Shown: in pieces, positions 35,026-37,296 of the stretch
How positions within the stretch are numbered: position 1 is the stretch's first letter
Layout: each line of letters opens with the position of its first letter
From: a virus
Lineage: Duplodnaviria > Caudoviricetes
Strand: one strand, 5' to 3'
Virus record (IMG/VR): IMGVR_UViG_3300026543_000090
Span: 1 to 37,296 of that record
Length of the DNA: 37,296 bases
The notes under the pieces: model-generated
The model's input: the letters and a program-made list of their open reading frames with translations, nothing else
Database searches by the model: none
What the model was told of the DNA's origin: nothing
Made by a program: the position numbers and the translations under genes

Positions 35026-35739
35026 TTAAAATGGTAGTGCTGGTTCTTCTTGTGATAATCGTGATGCTCTTTCAAGTATAAGTGGATATGCATCCGTAGA
35101 TAATTTCTGTAGAGAATCTAACTTATAATATTCTAAAACATTTTGTATGTATTCTTGATTATCTCCAATTAAACTATACAATTCCTTTGCTTGTTCAAAT
35201 GAGATAGTATCAGATTTTTTTTCAGAATATTTTCCTGATGTAGAACCATTCCATGGATCACCCCCTTCGAATAAGACATCCAAATTGACTGGATTTTCTT
35301 TGATAGCCTCCTGAATAGAAGAGTCTAGTTTTTTGTGAGGAACGGGTGTAACCATATATTTAGTCTCTTTCCCATTTCCACTTTTATTAATTTTCACGTC
35401 ATATTCTCTAAAATCTCCCCATTCAACATCATTCCCTAAACTGGATAGAGTCTTCAAAATACTATTTTGAGTAATCTCAAGAATAAATAGAGCTTTTCGG
35501 TGATAGTCCCATACATTTAATGTCCAAAAAGCACGAATTGGCTTATCTGGATTGAAACTGTTTAGAGGCTTTTCATCAGCTCGATATCTGTAAGGTTTAT
35601 TTTCTTTCCAATCTATCCATCCACAAATAGGACGTTGCACGATACGAAGGCGATTATCACCCTGTTCCATTTCTTTCATCCTCCAATATGAATGAGGACT
35701 TTTTAGCTCTTCAAAACCGTATGGTAAAAATTGATTCAT
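35026..35739 (-). CDS. Putative ssDNA-binding/annealing protein
   Basis: GDNRLRIV...LEITQ.SI...WGD...YDVKI.KSG.GKETKY.V.P pattern; SSB-like tail EEPALPF; adjacent to the exonuclease. Confidence 0.6.
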   Translation of the reverse strand: MNQFLPYGFEELKSPHSYWRMKEMEQGDNRLRIVQRPICGWIDWKENKPYRYRADEKPLNSFNPDKPIRAFWTLNVWDYHRKALFILEITQNSILKTLSSLGNDVEWGDFREYDVKINKSGNGKETKYMVTPVPHKKLDSSIQEAIKENPVNLDVLFEGGDPWNGSTSGKYSEKKSDTISFEQAKELYSLIGDNQEYIQNVLEYYKLDSLQKLSTDAYPLILERASRLSQEEPALPF

Positions 35740-35750
35740 TGTTTTCTCCT

Positions 35751-36059
35751 TTAATTTTTAAATTGTTGTAAATGGACTGTATTATATTCTTTCCATTCAT
35801 CTAGTATTCGATTAATTTCTTGTTTTTCTTGGATTTTATATTTCTTTTCCATCTTTTCTATTTTTTCTAGTAATGGTTTACCTTCAGGAATACGTATATC
35901 AAAGATGCCTAGCACTTCTTCAAGGTGATATTCCATATCTTCAATGGAGCCTTTGTCATAAATATCATTCACAAGACCCATCAAATGGTCATATGCATGT
36001 TCATATTCTTCTTTGTTTAATGTTGATATTTTATTGTATTGGTTTTCAGAATATATCAT
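35751..36059 (-). CDS. Hypothetical protein
   Basis: 102 aa with AAGGA RBS; first gene of the leftward operon. Confidence 0.65.
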   Translation of the reverse strand: MIYSENQYNKISTLNKEEYEHAYDHLMGLVNDIYDKGSIEDMEYHLEEVLGIFDIRIPEGKPLLEKIEKMEKKYKIQEKQEINRILDEWKEYNTVHLQQFKN

Positions 36060-36280
36060 GATATTTGTCCTTTCATGCGGTTTTATTATATATTATTTGA
36101 AAATAGTTTTGTCTTTTTTTATGTGCAAAATTAAGGTTTATTATCTACCATAAATGGTATGATGAGATGAATGTAGGATATATGGAATTTTATGTCAAAC
36201 AAACAATCAATAAAATATGTTTTCAAAAAATAGAGTCCTATGCAATATGATGACCCCATATAGAAAAGGAGATATTTTTG

Positions 36281-36487
36281 ATGGATTTAGATTATTACTT
36301 ATGGAAGAACAAGATTAAATTTAAAGACTTTGCAAGAAAGCTTGGAATTGATCCCTCTCATGTTTCAAAGTTGGTACAGAAAAAAACAACTCCAAGTTTG
36401 ATTGTAGCGATGAAAATTCATGAAGAGAGTAAAGGAAAAATTCCTTTTGAAGAAATGATCTCATTCTCTGATAAATTAAAAAATTAA
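36281..36487 (+). CDS. Cro-like XRE helix-turn-helix protein
   Basis: MDLDYYL......KDFARKLGIDPSHVSKLV....PSLIVAMKI...SKGKI pattern; AAGGAG RBS; divergent from the recombination operon. Confidence 0.85.
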   Translation: MDLDYYLWKNKIKFKDFARKLGIDPSHVSKLVQKKTTPSLIVAMKIHEESKGKIPFEEMISFSDKLKN

Positions 36488-36614
36488 AGATATAGATAAG
36501 ATATAAAGATAAAAAATAAATATAATTTTATTCTGGATTCAAAATAATATAAGTAGTATACCGATAAGAGTGTGAATATTTTGATGGAGAAAAAATATGT
36601 TGTCAAGGAAAAAG

Positions 36615-36655
36615 TTCCCTTGACAGATATGATACCATCAAGGGAAACCACGCGC
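36615..36655 (+). promoter_or_regulatory. Conserved leader motif, copy D (variant, upstream of the initiator)
   Basis: TTCCCTTGA-cagATATGATacca-TCAAGGGAA stem running into AACCACGCGC. Confidence 0.45.
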
Positions 36656-36771
36656 ATCGTGTGCAGAAGCCAACGATGACTCATACCAAAAGATATGAGA
36701 TTTATTAACAACATTAGATCTTCCTTCAAACCAAGACAGAAGATCTAAACGAACTGGTAAGAACCAATCCA

Positions 36772-36927
36772 ATGTACCAAATCCCGTATTTTCAGTCACT
36801 TCTTTTTTTCCTTTCTTGGGAATTTCTTAAAAAGATATTTAAAATTATTTTTAGATTGGGATTTGAGTACGATAAAAAAATGGCATCCACATGTGATAGA
36901 TGCCAATACCGAAAGGGGTTCTTATGA
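36772..36927 (+). CDS. Possible small protein (51 aa)
   Basis: MYQIPYFQSLLFFLSWEFLKKIFKIIFRLG...TCDRCQY; no clear RBS. Confidence 0.25.
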   Translation: MYQIPYFQSLLFFLSWEFLKKIFKIIFRLGFEYDKKMASTCDRCQYRKGFL

Positions 36928-36981
36928 AAATTACTCCTTTTATATCTAATATAAAAATTAATGCAAAGAAAAAAGGAGAAA

Positions 36982-37296
36982 ATGATGAATCGTGATTTTA
37001 AAGGAATATATATAACAGCTAAGATGTGGCTTATGAAAAAATTCATTTCTTGGAATGAAATTATTTTATGGTGTGAAATTGACTCTCTTTATGATCCAAA
37101 AAGAGGAGGATGTTACGCCAGTAATGAATATTTAGCAGAATTTATGGAATTAAAAGAACGTCGAATCCAGCAAATGTTAAAGAAGATGAAAAAATTAAAA
37201 TTTATTATTGAAGTTAGTGGAAAAGATGAATCAAGAATATTAAAAGCTGTATTTCCAATAGATGATCTTACTGAAAATGAAGAAGATAAGAACATA
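36982..37296 (+). CDS. Phage replication initiator, N-terminal HTH part (3'-truncated; not in ORF track)
   Basis: AGGAG RBS; MMNRDFKGIYI...EIDSL....GGCYASNEYLAEFM....RRIQQMLKKM.....I winged-HTH pattern; open to the window end. Confidence 0.8.
   Translation, partial: MMNRDFKGIYITAKMWLMKKFISWNEIILWCEIDSLYDPKRGGCYASNEYLAEFMELKERRIQQMLKKMKKLKFIIEVSGKDESRILKAVFPIDDLTENEEDKNI

Noticed and set aside
36233-36260. Possible fifth copy of the leader motif (GAGTCC...ATATGAT) before cro
   Set aside because: The closing stem is imperfect and no AACCAC box follows; it may just be a -10 element.

Overview
The window is a near-complete, AT-rich genome (about 37 kb) of a tailed podovirus-like phage or prophage. 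It appears circular, because a replication-initiator gene runs off the 3' end and resumes at the 5' end. Gene order: replication/recombination (initiator, XRE regulator, RusA), ParB-N protein, small terminase-like protein, accessory ORFs, TerL, a degenerate DnaB C-terminal domain, P22-like portal, scaffold, N4-gp56-type major capsid protein, adaptor and nozzle, three ejection proteins, four tail fibre/spike proteins, then a leftward arm (YhhQ queuosine-precursor transporter, YqaJ exonuclease, SSB-like protein) and a Cro-like gene. Two features stand out. (1) The major capsid gene is split by two small, closely related, ORF-less group I introns (14216-14459 and 15095-15305); removing them restores a 314-aa ORF. 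(2) A stem-ATATGAT-stem...AACCACACGC leader motif recurs ahead of the portal, scaffold/capsid and tail-fibre operons and upstream of the initiator. The YhhQ suggests, without proving, a Chlamydiae host. No integrase, CI repressor, endolysin, tRNA or CRISPR array was recognised. All product calls rest on motif recognition and synteny, not database searches.
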